The translations under genes were made by a program, and so were the position numbers. The notes under the pieces are model-generated. The model did no database searches. It had not been told where the DNA came from and worked only from the letters and a program-made list of their open reading frames with translations. DNA of 61,495 nt, filler included, from Hausera hauseri (taxonomy: Eukaryota), in assembly GCA_046269625.1 (NCBI GenBank). It is 12 parts of 12 records of this genome, joined end to end, with 100 filler letters (N's around TTAATTAATTAA, not from the genome) between each part and the next. Parts side by side here need not be neighbours in the genome. Positions count along the whole stretch, not along the records: positions 21,848 to 25,867 come from JBJURY010814643.1; positions 25,968 to 30,737 come from JBJURY010441912.1; positions 30,838 to 37,983 come from JBJURY010035890.1; 9 more parts are not named here. One strand, 5' to 3'. Positions 22,400 through 33,979 of the stretch are shown here, one piece after another; position 1 is the stretch's first letter, and each line of letters opens with the position of its first letter.

Positions 22400-25300
22400 A
22401 ACAACAACAACAGGAGCAACAGGAGCAACGGGATGCCAATCTGCCCAATATTACAGTTAAGTTCCATCTGAACAGATCGTACGTGGACATAAAAGCGAAC
22501 ATGTCGGCAAAGCAACAACAACAACGCCTTTAAGGCATGTTCCGCAAAATGTGCGCAACCGGTTGGAATGAGAAGTGGAGAAATTCTAACACTGCCACCA
22601 CCATCACTGCAAAGTGCAATATTATGCACTTGGAGAATTTGAAAATTTGGAAGGTGACAGGAAACAATGGTACCTGTCACATTGAGCTGCACCATATGCC
22701 AATGATTTTATTGCCGACGTAAGTGAAAAGCTGGAGGAGAAAATCGCCAACTATACCGAAAAGGGTAGTGGATGGAGAATTATAAAAATTGTCACCCTCG
22801 GTTTTATCATAACAAAGTCGAGTGACATAATATATTTGTCTGGCCGATCATTTATACCGACACCTGCAGCTCTGAAGCAGTCTCTAGCGTTATTGAATGT
22901 AAAAAATACTAACGATGAATACTGTTTCTTTACAGTATTCTGGTGGTATTGAAACATGATGAAGTGGACAGACATAGTGCATCTCGTCCAAAACAGTATC
23001 AGAAATATTTTTTCCAATTGGATTTCGATGAAAGCTGGATGCCGATGAAACTGAAAATCATTCCGGCTTTTCAACGGCGTAATCCAACACTGCTAATCAA
23101 TGTCTTCCGGTACAACATAATCGTAGAAATACCGGCGGATGAAGAAATTTACAAAAATCCTCATGTGGATATAATCTACCAAAGTCGGAACGCAAATGTT
23201 CGCTCAGTAAATTTATTATTACTGGAACAAAAAGAAATGTACCGTTACATTGCAGTGGCAAATCTGGACAGACTGCTGAACATGCAGCTTAACCATTTCC
23301 TCCAAAAATGGATACAGTGTAAATGGTATCCTGTAAATGTCTTCATGGATTCAGATCAGAAACAACATGGGCGAAACATGTGACTCTGTGAAGACAAAAT
23401 TCGTCAGGAACCACAATGTATGTCATGCCCATACAAAGAAACTCAGGTTCTCTGATTGGTCAAAAACAGACAGCCCGGCATATGTAGTATATGCCGATAT
23501 CGAAGCTATCTTACGACGGCACAACATATATGACCAAAAACATGTTCAAATTGCCGTCGGTATGTTGGTTGTCTAAATAAAAGCTGCAGGTCAACCTCAA
23601 TATTGTGTTTTCCACGGATGGAATTGTGTACGCGATTTCTTGCAGCAGTTGCAAACCATAGTGGAAACTGAAATCGCACCGTGGTATTGCGATAACAGCA
23701 CCATCAAACTTCTGATCTGAACAGATGAAGATGAACGCCTGACGTTTGCAGTCACAAATGAATGTTACCTGTGCCACAAAATATTACCGTTTGATACTCA
23801 GGAACAGCTCGTACAGGATCACGATTATTATACCGGTTGATATTTCGGAGCCGCATGTAATTTATGTTAATTGGCAAGGCGTGTGCGGCCATTCCTACCA
23901 ACTGTATTTCATAACTTCAAGGGTATTGATTGTCATCATATTTTGAAATAGACAATAAGCGGATTTCCACACTGGGAACTATCCGTAATTCCGACTACAA
24001 CAGAGAAATACCTGTCACTGTCTGTACGTATAAACCGGTTTCAGATATGATTCCTTGATTCGCTGCAATTTCTCAATGATTCTCTGGCAAAGTTGGTGAA
24101 TGCCTTTCCAGATGTGCCGCTAACAATGACTCAGTTCCTTCTACATATTGTGCGTAGCAAAGGCATATTACTGTATGACTTTGCGATATAGTACGAGCGG
24201 CTCCAGGCGGCAAATGAATTACCACCGCAATGGCCCGATATAACAGAAGAAGAATATCAGAGAGCGCAGTCGTTTTGGACAAGGCTCGGTTGTAGAAACC
24301 TGTTGGAGTACATGCTTCGCTATCTGAAATTGGATGTGTACCTGTTAGCCGATGTGTTTTATCATTTGTAGCTAAAGCATTGACAGAAGATAGGCTGGAG
24401 CCGCTCAACTTTTACTCAGTACCAGTAGTGAGTTGGGCATCAGCTCTGATGTCATTGGATTTGGATATGGAGCTGTTGCAAGACCCGGAAATGTACCGAA
24501 TGTTTAATGTTGTTATTCGTGGCGGCATGACGTTCGTCAACAAGCACCACGTAACCAGTAATTATACCACATCACTGTTGTATATCGAGATTAATAACCT
24601 GTAGGGCTGGGCGCTTTCACAGCCCTTGCCGTACGGTTCATTCGAATGGGTAGTTGACAAACAGGACCTGGACACATTACTGCAAAGTCTGCCGAGATCA
24701 AACACGACAGAAAACAGCTCAATCGGGTACCTGATGGAAGTCGATCTCGTGCGACTAGATGAGCTGCATGACTTTCTGGATGAACTGCCGGTCACTCCAG
24801 TCAGCTGAAGGTCGCCGGACTCGAAGGTGAAGAAGCTGCTTATGACGCATGAACCGAAACATAACCGCACAGTTCATTGGCGTCTGTTGCAATTTTACAT
24901 ACAGTTGAATGTACGCATTACACGGCTACATGGCGCAATCCGGTTAGCACATAGTCCGATATTCAAGCCGTATATCAGTCGGAATTCGGAAAAACGAGCT
25001 GCAGCTTGTACAAAGTTCGAAAAGGACTATTACAAGCTGAAAAACAATTCCCTTTAAGCAAAAACAGTGCAGAATCTGAAAAAGCTGCTCAATGTACGTC
25101 TATGCAATAGCGAAAAGTGGTTGGTCACGTACACGAGTATGGCGCAGTTCAGGCGATCAATGCACATTGCCGATGGATTGGTGGCGGTGCATTAAACAGG
25201 GAAGAAATTGTTCTGGACCGGCATAGTTACATCGTACAAGTGGTATTGGATCTGAGCAAGTTGCGGATGTATGAGCTGCAGTATTGCGACTTTGCACGTT

Positions 25301-25828
25301 AGCGGCAAATGTTTGACGGCTGCAATTTTGACATAATTGCCGGTGACACAGATGATTTTTTCCTGCGGCTGAAAAAAGACAATCGCAAACAGCTACTGCA
25401 GCAGATGCAATCAGATGGACTACTAGACACGTCCAATTATCCACCGGATCATCAGTTGTACAGTAGCACAATCCCCAACAAAATCGGCTGCTTCAAGGAT
25501 GAAAGTGAAGGTCGGGTTCACTATCTGGAATGGATATTTCTACGGCCAAAATGTTATAGCCTTTTAACTGACGGTGTACCGAAAATGTGCGCTAAAGGAG
25601 TTCAGTTGGCCCAGATGGAAATAAACCACGGTGATTATCGCCGTATCTACGAAGAAGAAGAAGGACAATCAAAGGTTGTTGTGTCACAAACGATCATCCG
25701 ATCGATTGAGCACCAACTGTATAAGGTTACCAATACAAAAGTCGGTTTATCATGCAATGATGATAAGCGTAAGTGGGTGTGCGAAATATGAGTTGGGCAT
25801 ACGGACATTGGCGTTTGGAATAAAATAA
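22400..25828 (+). pseudogene. Polinton/adintovirus protein-primed family B DNA polymerase with endonuclease-VII-like zinc insert, decayed
   Basis: EKGSGW, LNVKNTNDEYCF, VYADIEAIL, CYLC...DHDYYTG...AACNLC, FHNFKGID, FLDSLQF, IRGG, YIEINNL*GWA, YYKLKNNSL, AGDTDDF, IGCFKDE, LRPKCYS, KGV, DDKR. Confidence 0.92.
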
Positions 25829-25969
25829 CACACGTTTAGTGTTCACAAACAGTTCAGTGCAAACATGNNNNNNNNNNNNNNNNNNNNNNNNNNNNNNNNN
25901 NNNNNNNNNNNTTAATTAATTAANNNNNNNNNNNNNNNNNNNNNNNNNNNNNNNNNNNNNNNNNNNNAA

Positions 25970-26420
25970 TACGATTATTCATTTGACAATAAAGGACAAT
26001 ATGAAATTAATCCGTGTCAAGCAAAAGTTATTGCCATTAAAATACAGAGTGGATTCGTTGAGCAAGTGACCGACGTTGTGAAGTTAGTCGGTGTCGTTCT
26101 TGGCTCAACAAACTTCTATGAGGAACAAGGTGGAAAAGTGGCAGATTTTGGCAACTTGATTGCTGTTGCTGGTGACTTTGAGGTGACAGATGTGCAATTG
26201 TTTAGTGGATACGTGTTACACATTGGTCATGTGCAACAGAGCATACTTCGAATTGGAGATTTGGTGAATTTGGATGTTCATGGGTCTCGACGTAGTGCTA
26301 CAATGCAAAATCACACTGGTACACACGTTCTCAATTACCCTTTGATGGAAAAATTGAATGACCCTAACCAAGAGGGATCTCTCATTGCACCAAAAAATTA
26401 CGATTTGATTTCAAATCAGA
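25970..26420 (+). pseudogene. AARS: Alanyl-tRNA synthetase internal fragment (putative LTR cargo)
   Basis: GVVLGSTNFYEEQGGKVADFG...FEVTDVQ..SGYVLHIG...RRSATMQNHTGTHVLN...QEGSLIAP/KLRFDF. Intronless and decayed. Confidence 0.9.
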
Positions 26421-26576
26421 CAAAAGACGCTGTACAGATTTAATCGTGCTGAATATTGGGTGGATTAATAAAAATGTAATGTTTCTTACCATTACTAATA
26501 TAAAGGAATATGTGCCACTTTTGAGGATAAATTCCACAGTAGCCGAAGGAAAAAGAATACAGGTAAGGAGGTCGGT

Positions 26577-26675
26577 TATCCCGGAATTTGAAACCCGCTG
26601 CTGCGAGGCTGAGGACCCGGCCGCCCACCCTGCGCCAGTGGGTCAGACGGCGCCTTTCGCTTCAGCCCCGCAACA
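26577..26675 (+). repeat. GC-rich right LTR cap A (ends ...GCAACA) upstream of the gag leader
   Basis: Homologous to 44829-44926; imperfect reverse complement of cap B (30445-30553). Confidence 0.8.
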
Positions 26676-29600
26676 CACCCCCAGGCACACTACCTCTCCC
26701 TTTTCTATCTTCTTTTTCTTAAATAATAAACATGTCCATACGCACAGCATTGCATTTACACACTGCGACCATTCACACTTTCATTTCTTCCATACTCCAC
26801 TCCTTTGATTTCTACCTTACATATAACGGATCTCTAGTACCCCTCGCTGGAACTCTACAATCTTCTTCAACCCACATCTGCCTCCATATTCATTTCCGTA
26901 TCCGTGATGTCATGGATTCGTCATCCACAATTGACACCATAAACAAACTTACTAAACAATAAATCCCCGTCATCCACTTACCCAAACACAGCGCTTCCAA
27001 CATCCCTACACAACATACCCTCTTCACTCATTCACCCTGCACCAAATATTTTCCCGATAGCCAAAACTCTACTCAAATTTGGTTAAAACTGCACCAATTT
27101 TTGTTCCAACGTCGTCGACTCTTTAGCCAAAGCCAACAGCCTCTTTTTCCACTTACCAGCTTCCATCAAAACTAAAATCACCAATATAATCTATATCCTT
27201 CAGCACGCTGACACATATACCCAACTCTATAATGCCATTCTCAAGCTTACTGGGCCTTCAGTCGATTAAATCATTCAAAGGTTCTTTAACGACAACGCCA
27301 TGGGCCTTAAGAAGCCTTCTGAATTCCTACGCACGTCCTTGTCTCACCTCAATACCTTTGGCGTAATCTCTGATCACAGTCCCGAGCTTCTTCGTCGTTA
27401 CTTCTTAAATGCATTGCCCCTTCGAATAAGAGCTTTGCTAACCGTGGTTGAGGACTTCACGGCTCTTGACAAGCTAGCCAAAGTGGCAGACAAGGCATAC
27501 GAAGTACTGCACTCACATGCAGCACCAACTATTTTTGCAGCATTTACAACAGATCAACAAAAAGAAAATGCAATGCTGCAGCAACAAATTGCGCAATTAC
27601 GCACAGAAAATGAAACATTGCAAAAAGCAATCAACAACATTAACGACAAACTAAACGCATTAACACTACTTCGACGGGGTTTTTCTAGGCCTGCTTCCCC
27701 TAATGTATTCAATCAAATCCTAGCTAAGGCAACAACCAGCAAAAACATAGCCGACACATTTCTTTTGTTGTTTTCACGTTGAAAGCAACAGTGGTCACTC
27801 TAACAAAATAAAACATAAACTTTCATATAGGCACCGGAACAGCAATCTCTCTACTGCCACCAACACAACACATACAACACAAATACACTTCACAAAAGCA
27901 ACTATTTACTGCGTCCGGCGAACCTTTACAAATCTTTGGAGTTACCACATTGACATTCACCCTCCCACACTTCACAAACACATTCACATGGAAATTCATA
28001 ATAGCTAATGTACACACACCTATATTTGGTTCAGACTTTCTGCCCCACTGCAATTTACTTGTAGATTGCAAACAATGTTCCTTAAAGAGCGGAAATAATC
28101 TTAATCAAATCAGCAGCATTTCGATGACCACCCCGGCGATCGCGTCTAGTAAGTCAATACTAAAGAAAACGACTACCGGTCTGAATTATTTTTATAATCA
28201 TTTATTATATAGAAATTTTTATTACGGTGACAAATGCGATATTGCCAACTGCGTAACACCATTACTAATAGCACAGCTGCCAACACCATCTTCAACACGA
28301 ACATCCTCCACCAAATACCATTTAGTCGCAACACCTTGTCTATAACTCATACCTCAATTGCATCCTGTTATGATGCATCGACACCATCGGATAATTTGTC
28401 ATCGCTGCCTTCTGATCTACAGCAATACATTTCGTCCTCCTGCACGCGTCTGTTGCAGAAGGACAAATCATTTGTACCACCCCAATCCACCTTCCATCAC
28501 ATAGTAACAGCACATCAGAGACCAATACGTCAAAAGGTCCGCCGGCTATCGCCTTGTCGCAAACAGGCAGTGGAAGCTGAGTTCCTTGAACTTAAAAAAT
28601 CAGGCATAATCAGAAGATCAAAATCCTGCTGGTCTTCACCACTGCATATGGTTCCAAAAAAGATGGCACCTTTCACCCATGCGGTGATTATCGCCAACTT
28701 AGCACCATAACAACAATGGATGCCTACCCTCTACCATTAATCAGCGATATTCTACACAGGCTCCATGGTTCGACTATGTTTTCCTGCATTGATCTACACA
28801 AAGCATACCACCAAATTCCGGTGGCCTCAGCAGACATTCCGAAAACAGCTGTCATTACACCTTTTAGCCTTTTTGAATAGTGCTTCCCAGACCTTCCAAA
28901 GGCATATCGATACAGTTCTTTCATGTTTAGACTTCGCCTATCCCTATATTGATGACATCTTAATTGCATCCTCTTCCTGGAAGCAGCACTCCGATCACCT
29001 ACGTTTAATCTTCCAGCGCTTGCACCAAAACAACTTGCAAATCAATTTCTCTAAATGCTCCTTTTATTAACATAAGGTCAGCTTCCTAGGACATGTTAGT
29101 AGCTTCTCTGGACATTCACCTCAGCCAGACCACATCACACAGCTCAAAAATATACAAATACCACGAACATCAACAGAGATGCATTCTTTCCTTGGAACCC
29201 TGCACTTTATTCATAAGTACATTCCGCACTGTTCCACTCTAACCGCTCTATTTGCATCACAAAGCTCTGACAAGAAGAAACAGCCTATTCAATGGACCGC
29301 CAATTTAGTCAATGCTTTCGATCCTCTCAAAGACAATTTGAAAACTGTGAAAATCCTAGCCTATCCAGACTTCCATGCAGAACTTTTCTTAACCACCGAC
29401 GCATCCATGACCGCTGCATGCGCTGTCCTCTATCAAGTTAAAAATGGATCCCATGAGCCATCGGAATTCTTTTATCGAAAATTCACAGCACAAGAGCAAA
29501 GATGTTCTACCTTTGACAGAGAGTTGCTTGCAATGGTCCTTGCCGTAAAGCACTTTAAACTTCTACTAACTGCACGAACTTTTACAATACAAAATGACTA

Positions 29601-30444
29601 TATGCCCTTGCTTCAAATTCTCACCGTGAAATCGCCTTCTCCAAGTCAGGAGAGGCAAACATCGTATTTGTCCACATTTAACATCTCCTCCATCCCCTCA
29701 CAACAACCTGCTTTCTCCTTTTACAGCACTTCCTCCATCAAACACCATTTCTACTTCACCAATCTCTCCATCTACACCTTTCATCATTCCAACCTCTTGC
29801 ATACCACCCTCCAACTACTTTCCTTTGCCTTCTCCATCTTCTCTCTCTCTTTCGCCTTGTACCTCTTCGCCGTCTTGTCTTTCTCTCTGTCCCTCTCTTT
29901 CCACACCTTCCTCATCTTCAGTGTTTTCTTCCCCCCTTTCTCCTCACACATCATATTTTACTCCTTTCACTTCCGCTTCACAACTTATTCTTCTGTTTAC
30001 CTTTCCCTATCCCTTTTCCTCTCTGTACTACTATTTCTGTTTCATCTTCTACTTCCACTCTCTCATACAATTCAATTCTAATCTCTACTCCAACTTTGCT
30101 TTCTCTTTCTTTATCCACCACTACACATTTAATCATTCCATCGTCTTCAACAATCTCTCTTCCTACTTCACCTTCTTCTCTTCTTTCTGACTCGTCTTGG
30201 CATGACACAACGCTAACAACAAAATCTGACCATTTTTTCCCCAACTTCAAACTCTGCACACAAACACACAGCACAAAGACAAAACACGCAGAGTCACATT
30301 CAGAAAGTATAACAAAAAAAAATCGTTACAAGGTACCAAACGTCTTGTCCACACTATGACCGACTGACAGACACTTTTTCGTTTTGCGGTTTTTTCTCTT
30401 TTATGCTTACCCTTCATAGTTTTCACTTTGCTACGGGGGGGTGG
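26676..30444 (+). mobile_element. CsRn1/Kabuki-clade Gypsy internal region (gag-PR-RT-RNaseH; integrase deleted), decayed
   Basis: KPSEFLR gag, WSSPLHMVPKK, YPYIDDILIAS, SFLG, LTTDAS...STFDRELLA; poly-G PPT at 30435-30441. Confidence 0.92.
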
Positions 30445-30553
30445 TGTGGTGCCCACAGTGGCCGGCGCCCTCTGGCCCATTTGGTTGGACACGGCCGGGA
30501 GTCCGCTGCCGCCTCGTTGGGCCCATAGGCGGGTTTCCGATCTCCCGCCTCAT
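30445..30553 (+). repeat. GC-rich left LTR cap B (starts TGTGGTGCCCAC after the poly-G PPT)
   Basis: Homologous to 57232-57339 (minus) and 38084-38103 (minus). Confidence 0.85.
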
Positions 30554-30737
30554 GGAATTCATGCGGAACATTCGTCAGATGAACTGCAATCACAATAGAA
30601 TTGATCACGTCGATGCGTCCGTTTTTGACGGCATGAATTTATTGCACTTGATCAATTTCAATTGGAATAAATTGGCTGCCGTACCGTCGTTGATCAATCG
30701 CTGTCGGTATTCAAAGAAATTATACGCTTCTCATAAT
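30552..30737 (+). pseudogene. Leucine-rich repeat gene fragment (putative LTR cargo)
   Basis: MEFMRNIRQMNCNHNRIDHVDASVFDGMNLLHLINFNWNKLAAVP...KKLYASHN: typical extracellular LRR units. Confidence 0.8.
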
Positions 30738-31769
30738 NNNNNNNNNNNNNNNNNNNNNNNNNNNNNNNNNNNNNNNNNNNNTTAATTAATTAANNNNNNN
30801 NNNNNNNNNNNNNNNNNNNNNNNNNNNNNNNNNNNNNTAAAATTCGGTAGCTTCCAATCTCTGCAATACATTGTGAGTAATGATATTTTAGTTCGTTCCG
30901 TCGTTCGCATAAATTTTCAAATTCAAAAGTTGATATTTTACAAATCAAATTTATTTTACAACATTTAAAAAAACTTTTTTGCATTACACTGAGCTATCGC
31001 GCATTTTAAACAATCAACGTCATTTCATTAAATATAACATTCCACGTCATTTCATTAAATGTAACATTCTGGTCTTGTCTATGAAACCCCCCCCCCGCAA
31101 CTGCTCCACGTCACAGTCCTCTTGTTACTATAAATAATTATTCCACAAACCACAGATGTCATTGAAGTAAAGAAACATGTTTTTTTTAAACTATTGAATA
31201 ACAAACAAAACTTGGTTATTAATAGCGGGTTTCTCGAAAATGTAAAAGAACTAGTCAGAAGATTAACTATCGATCGTTATTACATGGCAAATCGTTATTA
31301 CATTACAAAATGTTAGTAGATGGTGATGTAACGGATCCTGTAAATATAAATTTTGGTCAAAAGGATCCTCAAAAATTAGGCTACTTAGAGTTGGTTGTAA
31401 ATGTGAAAATAGATTTCCAAAATATGGCTTTGAAAATTTCCGGCAAAAGATTTATTATCTTTATGAAAATTTTGATAATAACGTACCGGCTAAAAGGTCT
31501 TATGCTATGCAAATGGTATGGAGAGCGGTTGATAATATTAGCTTACTCCAAGAAAACCATACGGATAAACGTGATTCGATTTGTACACCACGACATAGAC
31601 ACGTTAGAAATATTCGGTGTAGAAGAAATATATAGCATTCATATGTTAGTATATAAAGTGACCGAGAGCTATATTTGGACCTTGAGGATGTCGTATTTGT
31701 CGTATTCCCTTGGCACTACAGTCATCCTCTTAGCGCTTTAAACATTTTTCACAATTACTGATCGCTCGT

Positions 31770-33440
31770 TCCTTCACCATTCAAACGCACCATAAACCTC
31801 TTGTTCACGTAATGAACATGAAACAACCATCACTTCGACAAGAACGCCATATCTTATACCTTTCAACATTCAACTTTAAAATTTTTATATATCTGGTACG
31901 GACAATTTAATAGCTGTTTTCTTATCGCGGTCAGTCGGTGCAATTAGTGTCACTTTTATATTCTCCAAAAACAATTAATCCAAGATCCCCTTCAGCATAT
32001 ATTCTTAATACAAATCTGTCCAAATCATAGATGGCGTAGCCATGGACATTTCGACACCTGGGCAACATTTGCCAATTTTAGCACCTTCCCTTCAACAAAC
32101 AACATTTAACAATATTAATTCATTGCACCACCTAGGTTCGAAAGCTACATTCTGCGTCCTCAAACGCCGCGTAACGTGGCCATAGATGAGGTATGACGTA
32201 CAGTATTAGATTAGGCAATGTGTGGCTTGCCAAAAATTTAAGGTAGCTAAACATTTCAAGCCACTTTTATTCCATTTTCCCTGCACGGCCCGTTTTGAAT
32301 CAGTTCACTTAGATATAATCGGCCCATTACCTTTTGATAACAGCCGCCAATTCATTTTAACAATGATGGACCGCGCATTTCGTTAGCCTGAAGCTGTTCC
32401 TTTGCGCTCCATCAATATAGACTCCATAGACGATGCCTTCATAAAGATTTGGATTAGCCGGTTCGGTTCACCACGTTACATAATTACAGACCAAAGTCCT
32501 CAATTTGAATCAAACCTTTTCAAGTCCTTAGTCAACCGACTGGGTAGAAATCACATACACAGAACTCTATATCATCCCCAGTTGAACGGCTTATTGGAAC
32601 GTTTTTACCGCACTCTTAGAATTTCGCTAAAAATTATAGCTGAAACACATACGAACTGGACTACCATCCTTCCTTTCGTATTACTTGGGTGGCGCAACAT
32701 ACCGTCTGCTATTACCAGTTGCGTACCCGCTGAAGCACTTTTTGGTACCACAATTCGTGCACTCTTCGAACTTACCGATTTGATCAACACACCTACTGAT
32801 GAAACCATTAGGTCTGCACAAAATCATTTTGTCCAGTTAAGTCAGGACTCCTTCTGTAAAATAATACATGGTGACAAAACGTACTTACACGACTCGCTAT
32901 TTAATGCAAAGTTTGTGTTCTTAAAAACCCATTCACCTTTCGGATTCCAACCAAACCATTTATGACCATTTAAAGTCCTCAATATTACCTCACACAGTTA
33001 CGATACTAAAAAAGGTAAAGATCAAAACGTGCATATAACTAACGGTAAACCCGCATTCTTCGTTAATGATACACCGGATCCTTCAGCCGAGTCCACACAA
33101 ACCTTTCTTGACTCCTTCAATTCTTTTTCCATTATACTTACACGACAACCTGCTACTCCAAAACCTGCATCAACTCAAAAAGCTGCGCTAAACGACATAC
33201 TGACCAGTTCTCAAACTGCGGGCATGTCAAATCAAAATTTAACTTCATCCCAATCACATCAGCAGACAATCAAACAGCATGTTAAACAAAGCAAGACTGT
33301 TACCTTCAGCAAATATAGCAAAGAACAAAATTTCGATAAAATTCAACATCCCGTTCATACAAAGCCTTAATAGTTCACAGACACTATTCTTTTTGGCAGT
33401 TTTGTTTCTTCTTATTTCGCCTTTATAGTGTTATTTTTGT
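31770..33440 (+). mobile_element. Gypsy pol 3' half (RNaseH end, integrase), decayed
   Basis: CVACQ, VHLDIIGPLP, WISRFGSPRYIITDQ, YHPQLNGLLERFYRTL. Confidence 0.9.
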
Positions 33441-33979
33441 CACGGAAGTGTGGATTGTGGATGTCTTGGATAACAATAAATTCCAGAAAGACGAAGGTTT
33501 TAGTAGATAATAACAAATTCATAAATACGAAAGTTTTAGTCAACTTTGTATTAAAATTTTCAATCAATTTATAAAAAATCAATTTCAATAAACTATCAAC
33601 GTACACATATAATTTTATATACAGTTCATACTCGATAAATATTTTTTTTTGGCAGAACATCAATTTATTATTGACAATTAAAGTCCGATGCATGTCTTTG
33701 CTTTGACGTAACAAAATAAATAACAGTTATAACCAATTTAACTTGTTGTTTTCCCAATACTGAATAGTTCGTTTACAACAATTATCCTTAAGTTTAGACG
33801 GTAGTTAAATTGTATCAATATTCTGGCAGCCATTTATAAAATCGTTTTTATCTTAATTTTTTAGGTAACACACCAAATTGTTAAATATTTCGGAAATACT
33901 CTCTAGCTAATACATTAACTTGTTATTGTCGCTTGTTTATTTCATTCTTTCCAAGTTTGTCCAACAATACCATAACGAA

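Noticed and set aside
29690-30190. Hydrophobic Phe/Leu-rich ORF as an env or membrane protein
   Set aside because: Out-of-frame reading of the pyrimidine-rich Ser/Thr/Pro integrase tail; compare 38300-38700.
31310-31741. 143-aa ORF or Sola-like transposase fragment (GCKCENRF in another frame)
   Set aside because: Too short and degenerate to support a call.
33480-33975. AT-rich stretch between convergent Gypsy ends as further LTR cargo
   Set aside because: Position fits, but I could not identify any gene, so it is not counted as evidence.
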